Below, piece after piece: positions 29,334 through 39,403 of a stretch of DNA of 64,000 bases. Source of the stretch: Thermodesulfobacteriota bacterium (lineage in GTDB: Bacteria > Desulfobacterota > Desulfarculia > JACQYL01); NCBI GenBank assembly GCA_963675595.2, contig CAXXLZ010000002.1, positions 1,248,001 to 1,312,000 of the forward strand, in the 5' to 3' direction. Positions within the stretch are counted from its first letter, which is position 1; each line of letters starts with the position of its first letter. The notes beneath the pieces were generated by a model that was given only the letters and a program-made list of their open reading frames with translations, did not search any database and was not told where the DNA came from. The translations under genes and the position numbers were made by a program.

Positions 29334-30160
29334 CAGATTCCCTGCAAATGCTCGGCCTCGCTGTACGGGATATGCCGACCCGTGGGGGTGTTCCGCCAAG
29401 CGGGTTCCGCCAGCGCCGCGTCCTGAGCCTGTTTGTTCTTGGGGAACGCCGAAGCCACCCGCGCGATGATCCTTCCCTCTTCCGGGGACAAGGGCTCGGA
29501 TTCGTTCTCGTCGGACGCCGCTATGACCGGAATTAACTCTCTGAAGTTGTCCGGTTGAGGACCTTGAGGCAGCGCGGCGTAGCAGGCTCCGGTCAGGCCT
29601 TGTCCCAGCTCCCGGAACGCAAGCATGTCCGCGTACCAGAGGTAACGGCCGCCGTAGATCGTTCTTACCGAAAGCAGCGTGCGTTTCAATTCGGCTTCGA
29701 ACCGTATCAAGACCCGTTTCATGCGCGGCAGGCTGAGCTCCCGGTTGCCGCTCAACACGTCTCCGACGACGAGGTTCTTGTCCAACGCCTCCCTCAGAAG
29801 CCGATCCATGGATCGGGTCTGAATCAAACCGGATTCCCAGCGCTTGATGCTCGCGACCCCGATATTCAGCAATCCGGCAAGTTCCGCCTGGGACAGGTTC
29901 AGATTCTTGCGGCGACAGGACAGTTCCTCGCCGGTCATGAGCCCGGCCGCTTGTTTGTATCCTTCCGACAATGATTTCTGGGCCGCCGCGGCCTGCTCCA
30001 GGGTGGACGTCTCCAACCCGCAACGCTCACAATAGTGCCTTTCGGATTGATACTCCGTATCCACCCCCCGGAAGCGACACTGGGACGTGCCCTTCTTCAC
30101 GGTCATGGGGCCGCAGGCATTGGGGCAATCTTTCGTGGGTGCTTTAATGTTCGAGGTCAT
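29333..30160 (-). CDS. Type II antitoxin: MqsA-like Zn finger plus XRE HTH plus Panacea (DUF4065)-like domain
   Basis: CPNAC...CERC zinc ribbon; LSQAELA.LL.IGVASIKRWESG HTH; YLWYAD...GQGLTG..Y.ALPQGP Panacea signature. Confidence 0.8.
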   Translation of the reverse strand: MTSNIKAPTKDCPNACGPMTVKKGTSQCRFRGVDTEYQSERHYCERCGLETSTLEQAAAAQKSLSEGYKQAAGLMTGEELSCRRKNLNLSQAELAGLLNIGVASIKRWESGLIQTRSMDRLLREALDKNLVVGDVLSGNRELSLPRMKRVLIRFEAELKRTLLSVRTIYGGRYLWYADMLAFRELGQGLTGACYAALPQGPQPDNFRELIPVIAASDENESEPLSPEEGRIIARVASAFPKNKQAQDAALAEPAWRNTPTGRHIPYSEAEHLQGI

Positions 30161-30513
30161 GGCCTTCTAGCCTCATGTAATGATACGAGCCAAAGCTTGT
30201 TGTTTCTGAGGGCGAATTTCAGGTACGCTCGACACCCCAGCCTTTTGCTGTTCCAAAGGAATGCGAAGAGTTCCGCCTCCCGGATCATGTCCTTGTAGGA
30301 TTTCTGCGGGGGATTTCCCCCCGAGTAATCCTCCTCGCTGATCTCGTCGAGCACCGCGTTCAACACCGAAGGAAGCTCCTCCACCAGGGTTCCCAACTCG
30401 AGGAGATCCGTAATCAGGCTCTCCTGATCCACCACTTCGATCAAAGACCTGGAAGTTAGGTCCCGGGCTGTTGCGAGCTTTCTTGAAAGTTCCTTGTGGC
30501 TAATCCGTCTCAT
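30157..30513 (-). CDS. Putative MqsR/RelE-like toxin
   Basis: 118 aa; ends in AYLKF....LWLVSLH as in MqsR-like RNases; lies upstream of, and overlaps (ATGA), the MqsA-like gene. Confidence 0.7.
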   Translation of the reverse strand: MRRISHKELSRKLATARDLTSRSLIEVVDQESLITDLLELGTLVEELPSVLNAVLDEISEEDYSGGNPPQKSYKDMIREAELFAFLWNSKRLGCRAYLKFALRNNKLWLVSLHEARRP

Positions 30514-30518
30514 TGGCT

Positions 30519-30546
30519 ATTCTAGTATCAATTGATACCAAGTCAA
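30519..30546 (-). promoter_or_regulatory. Toxin-antitoxin operon promoter with palindromic operator
   Basis: TTGACT-N16-TAGAAT on the minus strand; perfect 14-bp palindrome GTATCAATTGATAC (30525-30538) in the spacer. Confidence 0.7.
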
Positions 30547-30851
30547 GGGAAAGGCAACACCTCAAGCGCCCGGAAAGGGAGGGCAGGAGAGACTTTTTCG
30601 TAAATATTCTCCCCCTGAATGCTTCGGCAAAAGAAGGCTGAACAATCGCACGAAAGCCCCCCGGACTTCAAGAACCGTACCCCAAGAACGCCCAAAGACC
30701 GAAGTAAAAGCGTTGGACCCTTGTACGCTTTGCCTTTAGAATCGGCTTGGCTTTGCACTTCGGCTCGAACCCCGTCTCTTGCCCCCGTTTCCGGAGGCGA
30801 CTCCGAGCAACCTACCACCGCGGGTTTGAAAACCGCTCGAAAGGCGACCTC

Positions 30852-31937
30852 ATGAAGAGCGATGTCTATGAAAGGCTCAGAGAACGGTTGGACGAATTCT
30901 CCATCGGCTTCAAATCCACCGGAACCGGAATCGAAATCCGACTACTGGAGAAGTTGTTCACGGAAGAAGAAGCCGAGATGTACCTGCACTTGAAACGCAG
31001 CCTGCAAACCGCTTCCGAAATCGCCCGGTCCACGGGCCGTTCCGAAAAGGAAGTGGAGCAAATCCTCCAGCGCATGACGGAAAAAGGCCTCACCATTCCC
31101 CGGTTTCCCAAGGAGGAAGGGGAACCCTTTTACTACTCGGCGGCGCCCTACCTGCACGGTCTTTTTGAACATCAAATCAAGCGCATCGATAAGGACACGG
31201 CGGCTTTGATGCTCCAATTGAACCATACGGGATATTACAGCCGAGGCCCGTCTCCGCTCAGAACCATACCCGTCCATACGGCCGTGGCGACGGAGTCCCG
31301 CATCGCGCCGTACGAAGACGTGAGGAAAGTCCTCGAGGACAAGCGGCGATATTGCGTGGCGGACTGCGCCTGCGCGGTGGTGCGTCGAGCCGGAGAATCA
31401 TCCTGCGACAGACCCCTGGAAGTCTGTCTTCTCTTCGATTTCTACGCGGACTACTATATCGATCGGGGGTTGGGACGAGAAATCCAAAAGGACGAACTCC
31501 TGAGCATCCTGGAAAAGTGCGAACAGGCCGGTCTGGTTCCCCAGTTCGGAAACAGCACCAATCCCGATGCCCTCTGCAACTGCTGCCCGGACTGCTGCGA
31601 AAGCCTCCTGGCCGTCAAACGCACGCCCAAACCCGCGAAGTATGCCTCATCCAATTACTTCTGCACCGTGGACACGGAGAGCTGCGTCGCGTGCGAAACC
31701 TGCATCGACCGATGCCCCATGGACGCCGTCGGCCTGTCGGAAGAAGACACGGCACAGGTCGATCTCATGCGCTGCATCGGATGCGGACTTTGCGTGAGCA
31801 CCTGTCCGGAAGGGGCCTTGAGGCTTGTGCGAAAGCCGGAAGACGCCGTTAGAGTGCCTCCTGCCAAACACGACTTTATGAGACCTTCCTCGGAATACGA
31901 AGCGGACCTTGAACGGCGCGGCCACGGAGATCATTGA
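30852..31937 (+). CDS. 4Fe-4S binding protein with N-terminal HTH-like domain
   Basis: LFTEEEA; CAC and CNCCPDCC clusters; C-terminal CVACETCIDRCP and CIGCGLCVSTCP. Confidence 0.8.
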   Translation: MKSDVYERLRERLDEFSIGFKSTGTGIEIRLLEKLFTEEEAEMYLHLKRSLQTASEIARSTGRSEKEVEQILQRMTEKGLTIPRFPKEEGEPFYYSAAPYLHGLFEHQIKRIDKDTAALMLQLNHTGYYSRGPSPLRTIPVHTAVATESRIAPYEDVRKVLEDKRRYCVADCACAVVRRAGESSCDRPLEVCLLFDFYADYYIDRGLGREIQKDELLSILEKCEQAGLVPQFGNSTNPDALCNCCPDCCESLLAVKRTPKPAKYASSNYFCTVDTESCVACETCIDRCPMDAVGLSEEDTAQVDLMRCIGCGLCVSTCPEGALRLVRKPEDAVRVPPAKHDFMRPSSEYEADLERRGHGDH

Positions 31938-32086
31938 CGCATGCATCTTGGAGGTGTGAGACCTTCCAGATGGCCGCCCTCACCACCTTGCCGAGTTCCC
32001 AAGCGCGGTCGCGTCGACCCGACGGCTTCTCTTCAAGGATTGCCCTTCGGAAACAGGTAGTAAGAAACACACTCGAGGAGGAACGG

Positions 32087-33208
32087 ATGTTATCCAAAGC
32101 CGAAATCATTGAGAAAGCCTATGCCCTTCAATTCGACGAAATCGGATTCACCACGGCCGAGCCTTTCGAGGCGCAGAAGCAAGTTCTGCTCGAGCGCAAG
32201 GAGGAATATGCCGCTCTCACGACGCGCCTGGATCTGGTGGGTGGTACGGATCCCAAGAGCATCATGCCCGAAGCCGAATCCATCATCGTACTCACGGCCA
32301 TGTACTACAAGGAGTCTTTCGACCCCGTGATGGAGGCTCATTTCGGCCGCCTGTACATCGACGAAGACCGGGTGCTCAAGCAAGAGCTGGTCCGCCGAAC
32401 CAAGGATTTCGTCCGCTTTCTCGAAGAAGACGGTATGAAGGCCAAGGCGTCCTACGCGCTGCCTCACCGAGCCTGTGCCGGACGAGCGGGCATAGGAAGC
32501 GTGGGTAAGAACTGCCTCATGTATTCCGCCAAACCGGGCTATGAAAACTCCTGGCTCATCCCTGCAACGATCCTGGTGGATCGTGCATATGCCCCGGACG
32601 AATCACACGATGCAAACAAGTACGACTGCCCCGATTGGTGCAGGAACGCGTGCATCGTCTCATGTCCCACCGGGGCGTTGCGGGGCCCTCGAAAGCTGGA
32701 TCCCCGGAAATGCATTTCCAATTTGTCTTACTACGCCAAGGAGATCACGCCCCTTGAGATGCGGGAAGCCATGGGCCTTTGGGTGTATGGCTGCGATCGT
32801 TGCCAGAACGTCTGTCCCCGAAACGACGCCTGGAGAGCCAAGGAACGTCCGGTCAATCCACGGGTGGCCGCCAAAGCGCCGGATCTTACGCTTCCCGCTC
32901 TGCTTCATATGGACGTGGAATATTTCAACACCAAAGTCCGGCCCCACATGTTCTACATCCCGGAGGAGGACCTGTGGCTCTGGAAGATGAACGTGGCCCG
33001 AGTCATGGGCAATACGCACGACCGAAAATACGTTCCCGACCTGATTCGGGCGTTTCATGAGAACGACGATGAACGGGTCCTGGGCATCATTGCCTGGTCC
33101 CTGGGACGTCTGGGCGGTGCCCAAGCCCGCACGGCCCTGGAGAGTTTCCTCGAGAAAAGCGAGGGCTTGGTCCGGCGGGAAATTGAACAGGCATTGGCCA
33201 TGTGTTGA
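32087..33208 (+). CDS. Epoxyqueuosine reductase (QueG)-family cobalamin/Fe-S protein, divergent
   Basis: F..IGFT, DP..IMP.A.SII, AGIG..GKN, CPDWC..ACI.SCPTGAL, CIS and YGCD.CQ.VCP.N; C-terminal HEAT repeats; RBS GAGGAG. Confidence 0.7.
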   Translation: MLSKAEIIEKAYALQFDEIGFTTAEPFEAQKQVLLERKEEYAALTTRLDLVGGTDPKSIMPEAESIIVLTAMYYKESFDPVMEAHFGRLYIDEDRVLKQELVRRTKDFVRFLEEDGMKAKASYALPHRACAGRAGIGSVGKNCLMYSAKPGYENSWLIPATILVDRAYAPDESHDANKYDCPDWCRNACIVSCPTGALRGPRKLDPRKCISNLSYYAKEITPLEMREAMGLWVYGCDRCQNVCPRNDAWRAKERPVNPRVAAKAPDLTLPALLHMDVEYFNTKVRPHMFYIPEEDLWLWKMNVARVMGNTHDRKYVPDLIRAFHENDDERVLGIIAWSLGRLGGAQARTALESFLEKSEGLVRREIEQALAMC

Positions 33209-33737
33209 TCGACAGGTCCGAGATATCGAGACGACCCGCGCCCCCGGCATGGTTATCGCCCGCGAAGGCGTAACACTCGGGTTGACCCCCCCGGAGCCGG
33301 CGCTGTCAAGGGAAAAGCGGCCCCCCGTTTCCCGTCCGGGTCGGCGCCGACGACCGGCCTTTGCTGTGGACGATCGCTTCATGATCCGCCGAATAAGTGC
33401 CGATGCTCTTGTCTCAGTCTTTGTCGCCGCAGGAATCGAGACCATTGAGGTCAGGATTTCCGCATGACGATCGTACCGAATACGAAGCGTTATCTCCTTC
33501 CCGCCGTCCTTGTGGCGGTTCGGTAATTGAACACGAATGAAGTATGTGTTGTGCTGCTTACATTTTTTGTATATTTTGAGACTGACTGACAATGACTCCA
33601 ATATTAATTTTGGGTGTGAAGACGTCGATCTTCCGAAGATCAACCTCACAACGCCGTCTGCTTATTTCCGGTCCGACCTGCCGACTAGCGGATGTCCGAT
33701 CACTCAGCCTTGACCACCGTCCGGCAGGGGGAACTAC

Positions 33738-36647
33738 ATGACGGGATGGCTCATCCCATCGATCATCGCCACACTGATGTGCACCATCATACTGGCGTCA
33801 ACCTATTACTTCCTGTACCGAAGCGACAGAAAACCTTATCTGGGCATCTGGACTTGGGGATGGTTCGTCTATGGCTTAAGATTCGTCTTCATGCTCCTAC
33901 ACATCTCCGCGACTTCCCCGAATCTCAAAACACTATTTCTAGTCGCCAACCAAGTCGTTTCTCTAGCAAGCGGAATTCTACTTCTTTGGGGCGTTCATGT
34001 ATTCTTGAATCGAAGATTCCATAAGTATTGGTTATTTTTAGGCATCTTGTTTTCTCTATATATCGCACTGCTCGGAATGTTTTCCGTCCCCTTTTTCCAT
34101 CTGACCCTCCCCACTTTCTTGTTCCTGGGATTGGTTTACGTGTGGACGGGTGTCATTTTTCTTCGCTGGAATCAGGACGGTGAGGCTTCATTCAGAATAC
34201 TTGGAATATCTTTCATTCTGTGGGGCGTTCACAAAGCCGATTATCCGATTCTTCGTCCTGTGGCGTGGCTCGCTCCCTGGGGTTATCTCTTGGGCGCCGC
34301 GTTGGCTCTCGTGGTCGCCATCGGAATGCTGATGGTCTATTTCAAGCGTACACAGAAACGCATGGAACAGAGCGAAGAAAAATACCGCCTGGTGGTCGAG
34401 AATGCCGGTGACGCCGTTTTTGTCGCTCAGGAAGGCATGCTGCAATTCGTTAATAAAAAGGCGGAGGAACTCAGCGGCTTCACGGCGGAAGAGCTTCGCT
34501 CTCGACCTTTCGTGAATTTCATCCACCCGGACGATCGTGGCCTTGTGCTGGAACGCCACGCCCAACGCCAACGGGGCGAAGAAATCCCTTCCAGCTACGC
34601 CTTCAGAATTATTCACAAATCGGGCGAAGAGAAGTGGGTTGAGCTGAACGCCGTGCCCATCGACTGGCAAGGAAAAGCCTCGAGCTTGAATTTTCTGCGC
34701 GACATCACCGAGAGGAACCGGGCTGCGGAAGCGCTGCAAGAAAGCGAGGAACGACTTCGGCTATCTCTGGCCGGATCCGGGATCAGTTTCTGGGAGTGGT
34801 TCCCCGAAACCGGTCGCCTCCGCTTGGACGACTCCTGGGTGAAGCTCCTGGCGTTGGAGCCCGACAAACAAGCGGTTGATTTCCAGTGGTGGTGGAATCG
34901 TGTGCACCCCGACAGCATGCCCGTATTCGAAGAAGCCTTGAAAGGCTATCTTGAGGGCGACCGTTCGAGATTCGAACTGGAATATCGGATTCAAACCGAC
35001 TCCGGCGCCTGGAAGTGGGTGTGGGCGGCCGGCGAATGCGTCCAATGGAATGCCGAAGGCAAACCCATGCGTTTTCTGGGCACTCACAGAGACATTACGG
35101 CTCGGAAGCAGGTTGAGGAAAGCCTTTCCTTGTCTGTGAAGGAATGGCAAAGCACCTTCGACGCCACGCATGACGCTATTTGGATCATCGACAAGGAACA
35201 CCGGATTCTTCGCTCCAACAAAACCGCGTCCGAGATTTTCCAGCGTCCCATCGAAGAAATCATCGGCAAACACTGCTGGGAGATCGTTCACGGAACCGAC
35301 GGCGTCATTCCCGAATGTCCCTGTCCCAGAGCGGAAATCAGCCGCCGCCGGGAGAACATGGAACTTCGGCTCAACGGCAAGTGGTTCGAGGTTACCGTGG
35401 ATCCCATTCCGGACGCGCGGGGAGAATATTCGGGCGCCGTCCACATCGTCACCGATATCACCGAGCGAAAACACGCCGAACTGGAGAAGGAAAAACTTCA
35501 GGCCCAGTTGGAGCAATCCCGGAAAATGGAGTCGGTGGGACGGCTCGCGGGCGGAGTGGCACACGATTTCAACAACATGCTTGGAGTGATCCTGGGCCAT
35601 ACGGAACTTGCCATGTGCGAACCGGCCCTTTCCCCATCTCTATTGCAGGCCCTGGAAGAAATTGAAAAGGCCGCTCGGCGATCCGCGGACCTCACACAGC
35701 AGTTGCTCGCCTTCGCCCGCAGGCAGACGGCCGCACCCAGGGTGCTTGATCTGAACGAAACGGTGTCCGGCATGCTCAACATGCTCAGGCGGCTCATCGG
35801 AGAAGACATCGACTTGGCGTGGTCTCCCGGAAAGGGACTTTGGCCGATCAAGATGGACCCCGTGCAGATCGACCAAATCCTGGCCAACCTTTGCGTCAAC
35901 GGCCGTGATGCCATCGGCGGTGTGGGCAGGATATCCATCGAAACTCGAAACGAGGTCATCGACGAGGTCTACTGCATGGATCATGGGGAGTGTGTTCCCG
36001 GAGACTACGTGCTCATCACGGTGGACGACAACGGATGCGGCATGGATAAGGAAACTCTGGAGACTCTCTTCGAGCCGTTTTTCACCACCAAGGAAGTGGG
36101 AGAAGGGACCGGCCTGGGCCTGGCCACGGTCTACGGTATCGTCAAACAGAACAACGGTTTCATCAATGTTTATAGTGAGCCCGGCGTGGGCACCACGTTC
36201 AAAGTCTATCTCCCGCGGACACGGCAACTCCTGAAGACAAAGGGAAAAGCCGCCGTGAAAACCACCGCCGAGGGAACCGAAACCGTTCTGTTGGTGGAAG
36301 ACGAAGAATCGATTCTGCGTCTGGGCAAGGCCGTTCTCGAACGATCAGGCTATTCGGTCCTCGCGGCCCGTACTCCCAAAGAAGCGCTCACCCTGGTCGA
36401 AGGGTGTGAGGGGCCCATTCATCTATTGGTGACCGACGTGGTCATGCCCGAAATGAACGGTAAGGAACTGAAGTCACGAATCGAAAAGCTCAGGCCCGAC
36501 ATCAAGGCCGTCTTCATGTCCGGCTACACGGCCAACGCCATCGTGCACCGTGGAATCCTAGAGGAGAAAGTTGATTTTCTGCCCAAACCTTTCTCCGTGG
36601 ATTCACTCGTCGGTAAGGTGCGCGAGGTACTGGATCGAAGGGATTAA
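33738..36647 (+). CDS. Hybrid sensor histidine kinase (7TM + 3 PAS + HisKA/HATPase + REC)
   Basis: [33 protein letters not shown] and the receiver segment LLVTDVVMP. Confidence 0.92.
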   Translation: MTGWLIPSIIATLMCTIILASTYYFLYRSDRKPYLGIWTWGWFVYGLRFVFMLLHISATSPNLKTLFLVANQVVSLASGILLLWGVHVFLNRRFHKYWLFLGILFSLYIALLGMFSVPFFHLTLPTFLFLGLVYVWTGVIFLRWNQDGEASFRILGISFILWGVHKADYPILRPVAWLAPWGYLLGAALALVVAIGMLMVYFKRTQKRMEQSEEKYRLVVENAGDAVFVAQEGMLQFVNKKAEELSGFTAEELRSRPFVNFIHPDDRGLVLERHAQRQRGEEIPSSYAFRIIHKSGEEKWVELNAVPIDWQGKASSLNFLRDITERNRAAEALQESEERLRLSLAGSGISFWEWFPETGRLRLDDSWVKLLALEPDKQAVDFQWWWNRVHPDSMPVFEEALKGYLEGDRSRFELEYRIQTDSGAWKWVWAAGECVQWNAEGKPMRFLGTHRDITARKQVEESLSLSVKEWQSTFDATHDAIWIIDKEHRILRSNKTASEIFQRPIEEIIGKHCWEIVHGTDGVIPECPCPRAEISRRRENMELRLNGKWFEVTVDPIPDARGEYSGAVHIVTDITERKHAELEKEKLQAQLEQSRKMESVGRLAGGVAHDFNNMLGVILGHTELAMCEPALSPSLLQALEEIEKAARRSADLTQQLLAFARRQTAAPRVLDLNETVSGMLNMLRRLIGEDIDLAWSPGKGLWPIKMDPVQIDQILANLCVNGRDAIGGVGRISIETRNEVIDEVYCMDHGECVPGDYVLITVDDNGCGMDKETLETLFEPFFTTKEVGEGTGLGLATVYGIVKQNNGFINVYSEPGVGTTFKVYLPRTRQLLKTKGKAAVKTTAEGTETVLLVEDEESILRLGKAVLERSGYSVLAARTPKEALTLVEGCEGPIHLLVTDVVMPEMNGKELKSRIEKLRPDIKAVFMSGYTANAIVHRGILEEKVDFLPKPFSVDSLVGKVREVLDRRD

Positions 36648-36777
36648 GGTTTTGCTGCATCAATCCGCACCAGTGGGGCTTTTCACTAAGCGGCCCCTCT
36701 AAAATAATGCCGAGCATGGTTCCACCGCGCGTCTCGCGCCTTGAAGCCCGCCTCATGTGAACGAACCGCCTCCCGGC

Positions 36778-37632
36778 TCAGACCCGCGCGCTTATGAAAC
36801 GCGCAAGCGTACCGGCCTTCAATTTGTCCGTCCGGCCCTGAAAATATCGGGCGTTTATTTCCTCCGGACCCATATCCACCACGTGTCCGAACCCCATCTC
36901 CGTCAGCCCGTTCCTCAGGGAAGCGGGATCGAAAAAGCTCCGGAACGGCTCTCCGCCCTCTTCCACGGAGCGTGCAATCACTTCGAAGGCCCGGCGTGAT
37001 TCGGGACTCAGCAGTGACGGCGATATCATGTAGTCGAAAACGATCCCGCTGTCCACGGGCAGGGATGCCGCGAACCGCAATGTGGCGGTGATCGCGGCGT
37101 CGGTGAGATAAAGGGTCACTCCGAGCCAGGAAAAAAACGCGGGCTTTCCGACATCGAAGCCGACCCGCCCAAGTCCCTCGTCAAGCGTACCGGTCTCGAA
37201 ATCCACAGGCGCGAAAGTGAGATTCGGCGGTATGGGGATGCCCGTCTCCTCAAGATGCGCGTGCTTCCAGGTCTGGACGGCCGGAGAGTCCACTTCGAAG
37301 ACCCGCAGGACGCTTTCGGGATACGGATTCCGATAGGCGAAGGTATCCAGGCCCGCTCCAAGCACAACATATTGTTGAACGCCGCGACGAACGGCAGTCT
37401 CGAGCTCTTCCTCGGCGAACCGACTGCGAGCCGCCAATGAAGCCCGCAACACGTGTGAGATGGGATTCTCCGCCGGCCAATCCGGCCGAGCCTGCAGCGA
37501 TTCGGCGTCTTCCGCTCCCAGAATGCGGAGCGCAAGGGGATCGTCGAATACTTTGGGATCGTCCAGAATTTGATGCGCGGCGCGGCGCATGGCGACTTGC
37601 AGGGCGGTTCTGCTTGGACAGGTTTCTTTCAT
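36778..37632 (-). CDS. SAM-dependent methyltransferase (LCM/Ppm1-like family)
   Basis: Motifs SRTAL.VA..RA, RSRFAE, QYVVLGAGLDT, VFEVD and FSWLGV..YL. Confidence 0.85.
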   Translation of the reverse strand: MKETCPSRTALQVAMRRAAHQILDDPKVFDDPLALRILGAEDAESLQARPDWPAENPISHVLRASLAARSRFAEEELETAVRRGVQQYVVLGAGLDTFAYRNPYPESVLRVFEVDSPAVQTWKHAHLEETGIPIPPNLTFAPVDFETGTLDEGLGRVGFDVGKPAFFSWLGVTLYLTDAAITATLRFAASLPVDSGIVFDYMISPSLLSPESRRAFEVIARSVEEGGEPFRSFFDPASLRNGLTEMGFGHVVDMGPEEINARYFQGRTDKLKAGTLARFISARV

Positions 37633-37806
37633 GGACCACCTCGGACTTATGGGAATGTTGTGGAATATGTTTTTCACGGGAGGTCGAACCAAGACCGCGT
37701 CCGCCGTGACCTTCGTTGCATCGGATGATCGCCGGCCGAGATTCGCCGGACGAGGAAAAAGATGCGCCGAGGTTCGACAGTCGGTTGAAAAAGTCGGATT
37801 ATTATC

Positions 37807-37925
37807 GCTGAAAAACGATAACATGCAAGGCGCGCAAACCCCGAGCGGATGATACGTACATGAAAGTACGTCGCAGTGACGAGAAATGATGCACAGCATC
37901 GCGGATCGCGTTTTTCGCCGGCCTG
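37807..37925 (+). repeat. Family-2 repeat copy
   Basis: GAAAAACGAT..TGCAAGGCGCGCAAA..CGTACAT..GTACGTCGCAGTGACGAG..GCGGATCGCGTTTTTC. Confidence 0.8.
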
Positions 37926-37945
37926 ATGATAAAGGAGAATTACCG

Positions 37946-38455
37946 ATGCGTATTACCGAAGAGAATTGGAAAAGAATTAGAAAGTTCTGGGGCGATGCGG
38001 CACGTGTAAGCGCCTCCGCGAAGCTGCCGTATTGCGTTTTTGCGACGGTCAATGAAGACGGGTCTCCCCGTTTGGCTCCTTATGGTTCTCTGATCCTGCA
38101 GGAAAACAAAAGTGGATTCTATTTCGACAGATTTTCTCGACACACATCTCAAAATCTGAATCGAGATCAACGGATATGCGTCTTACTGCTGAAAACCGAC
38201 AAATGGTTTTGGATGAAGGCGCTTCTTTTGGGAAGATTCGACCATGCTCCGGGCATACGGCTCATGGGCACCGTTGGAAGCAAAAGAGAAGCCGACACGG
38301 AGGAAATTTCCGCTTTTCGGAAGCCTCTGAGAAGGTTCAGGATATTCAAAGGATACCAGCCTCTATGGGGAACGGTGAAGCATGGCCGGGAAATCCACTT
38401 CGAATCCTTCGAGACCGTAAACTGCGGACCCATGAAGTATTTGGAGGCCGTATAA
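37946..38455 (+). CDS. Pyridoxamine 5'-phosphate oxidase-like FMN-binding protein
   Basis: FATVNEDGSP.LAP.GS split-barrel motif; RBS AAGGAG. Confidence 0.75.
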   Translation: MRITEENWKRIRKFWGDAARVSASAKLPYCVFATVNEDGSPRLAPYGSLILQENKSGFYFDRFSRHTSQNLNRDQRICVLLLKTDKWFWMKALLLGRFDHAPGIRLMGTVGSKREADTEEISAFRKPLRRFRIFKGYQPLWGTVKHGREIHFESFETVNCGPMKYLEAV

Positions 38456-38606
38456 CATCAGCCCGTTAAAAAAATCCGGTCGCCGCAGGTCGCGTTTTCC
38501 ACCGGCCTGCGGACGGCACTTCTCAACACCCTGAGACGGATTCCCTTTCCCTTCCGCCTTCCGTCTTTTTCCATAATATCGCTCTTTTCCTCTCTGTTTC
38601 ACCCGC

Positions 38607-38635
38607 TTGACTTTCACCTTTTATTCACCTAATCT
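38607..38635 (+). promoter_or_regulatory. lexA sigma70 promoter with a direct-repeat candidate LexA box
   Basis: TTGACT-N17-TAATCT; the spacer is exactly TTCACC-TTTTA-TTCACC. Confidence 0.65.
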
Positions 38636-38680
38636 GATTCCCATCATCGCCGGCCGCCAAAGATTTCGGGAGGAACGTAC

Positions 38681-39307
38681 ATGGGAATCACCCCGGCTCA
38701 ATCACGTGTTTATCAATTCATTCAAAAATACATACGGGAGAACGGAACCTCACCGTCCTACGAGGAAATCCGACGAAACCTCGGGTTCCAATCCCTGAAC
38801 GCCGTATACAAGCACCTTAAGCAGCTCGAACGCCGAGGAATGATCCAAAGTCCCTGGCAAAACCGAAAACGGGCGCTGGACCTCCTCCCTGTAACCACCG
38901 GAGCGGTCTCCATCCCTTTTCTCGGCGTGGTGGCCGCCGGCGCTCCCATCGAAGCCGTCGAACTGCCCGAATCCATCGAGGTGCCCGAAAGCTTCCTGGG
39001 CGGCGGCGACAACTTCGCCCTTCGGGTCCAGGGAGAATCCATGATCGACGAAGGCATCCGAGAAGGGGACATCCTCATCATCGCTCGGCAGCCTCATGCG
39101 GAAAACGGCCGGACCGTGGTGGCCCTCGTAAAGGGCGAGGCCACCGTCAAAAAATTCTACCAGTCCGGCGAAGAAGTGGAACTCCGGCCGGCGAATCGTG
39201 AAATGGCTCCCATCCGCGTCCCGGCCGCCCATGTGGAAATCGTGGGCGTGGTGGTGGGTCTCCTGCGCCATTACCGGCCTCGTCGCTTCGGAAACGGGGG
39301 AACGTGA
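38681..39307 (+). CDS. lexA: SOS repressor LexA
   Basis: wHTH (PSYEEI...G..S..AV..HL..L); Ala-Gly cleavage site VAAGAP; catalytic Ser (GESM) and Lys (ATVKK). Confidence 0.95.
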   Translation: MGITPAQSRVYQFIQKYIRENGTSPSYEEIRRNLGFQSLNAVYKHLKQLERRGMIQSPWQNRKRALDLLPVTTGAVSIPFLGVVAAGAPIEAVELPESIEVPESFLGGGDNFALRVQGESMIDEGIREGDILIIARQPHAENGRTVVALVKGEATVKKFYQSGEEVELRPANREMAPIRVPAAHVEIVGVVVGLLRHYRPRRFGNGGT

Positions 39308-39403
39308 TCGGACATACGAATGAAGGAAACCGGAAAGCTCAAGAAATCCCTTTTTCCGTCCGCTTCGAACAATTCGAACAGGAAATCATAATTTCTCGAC
39401 GCC

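Noticed and set aside
29181-30023. N-terminal extension making the dehydrogenase 604 aa
   Set aside because: It overlaps the antitoxin in another frame and a repeat; the MDR domain starts at MKAVV (29180).
33240-33700. Minus-strand ORF 32660-33649 covering the AT-rich gap
   Set aside because: Mostly antisense to the QueG-like gene with no recognisable domain; the AT-rich part is more likely the kinase promoter region.
39320-39391. Small ORF or TTCGAACA tandem repeat between lexA and imuB as imuA or a second operator
   Set aside because: Only 23 codons with no RecA-like features; the short repeat has no clear promoter context.
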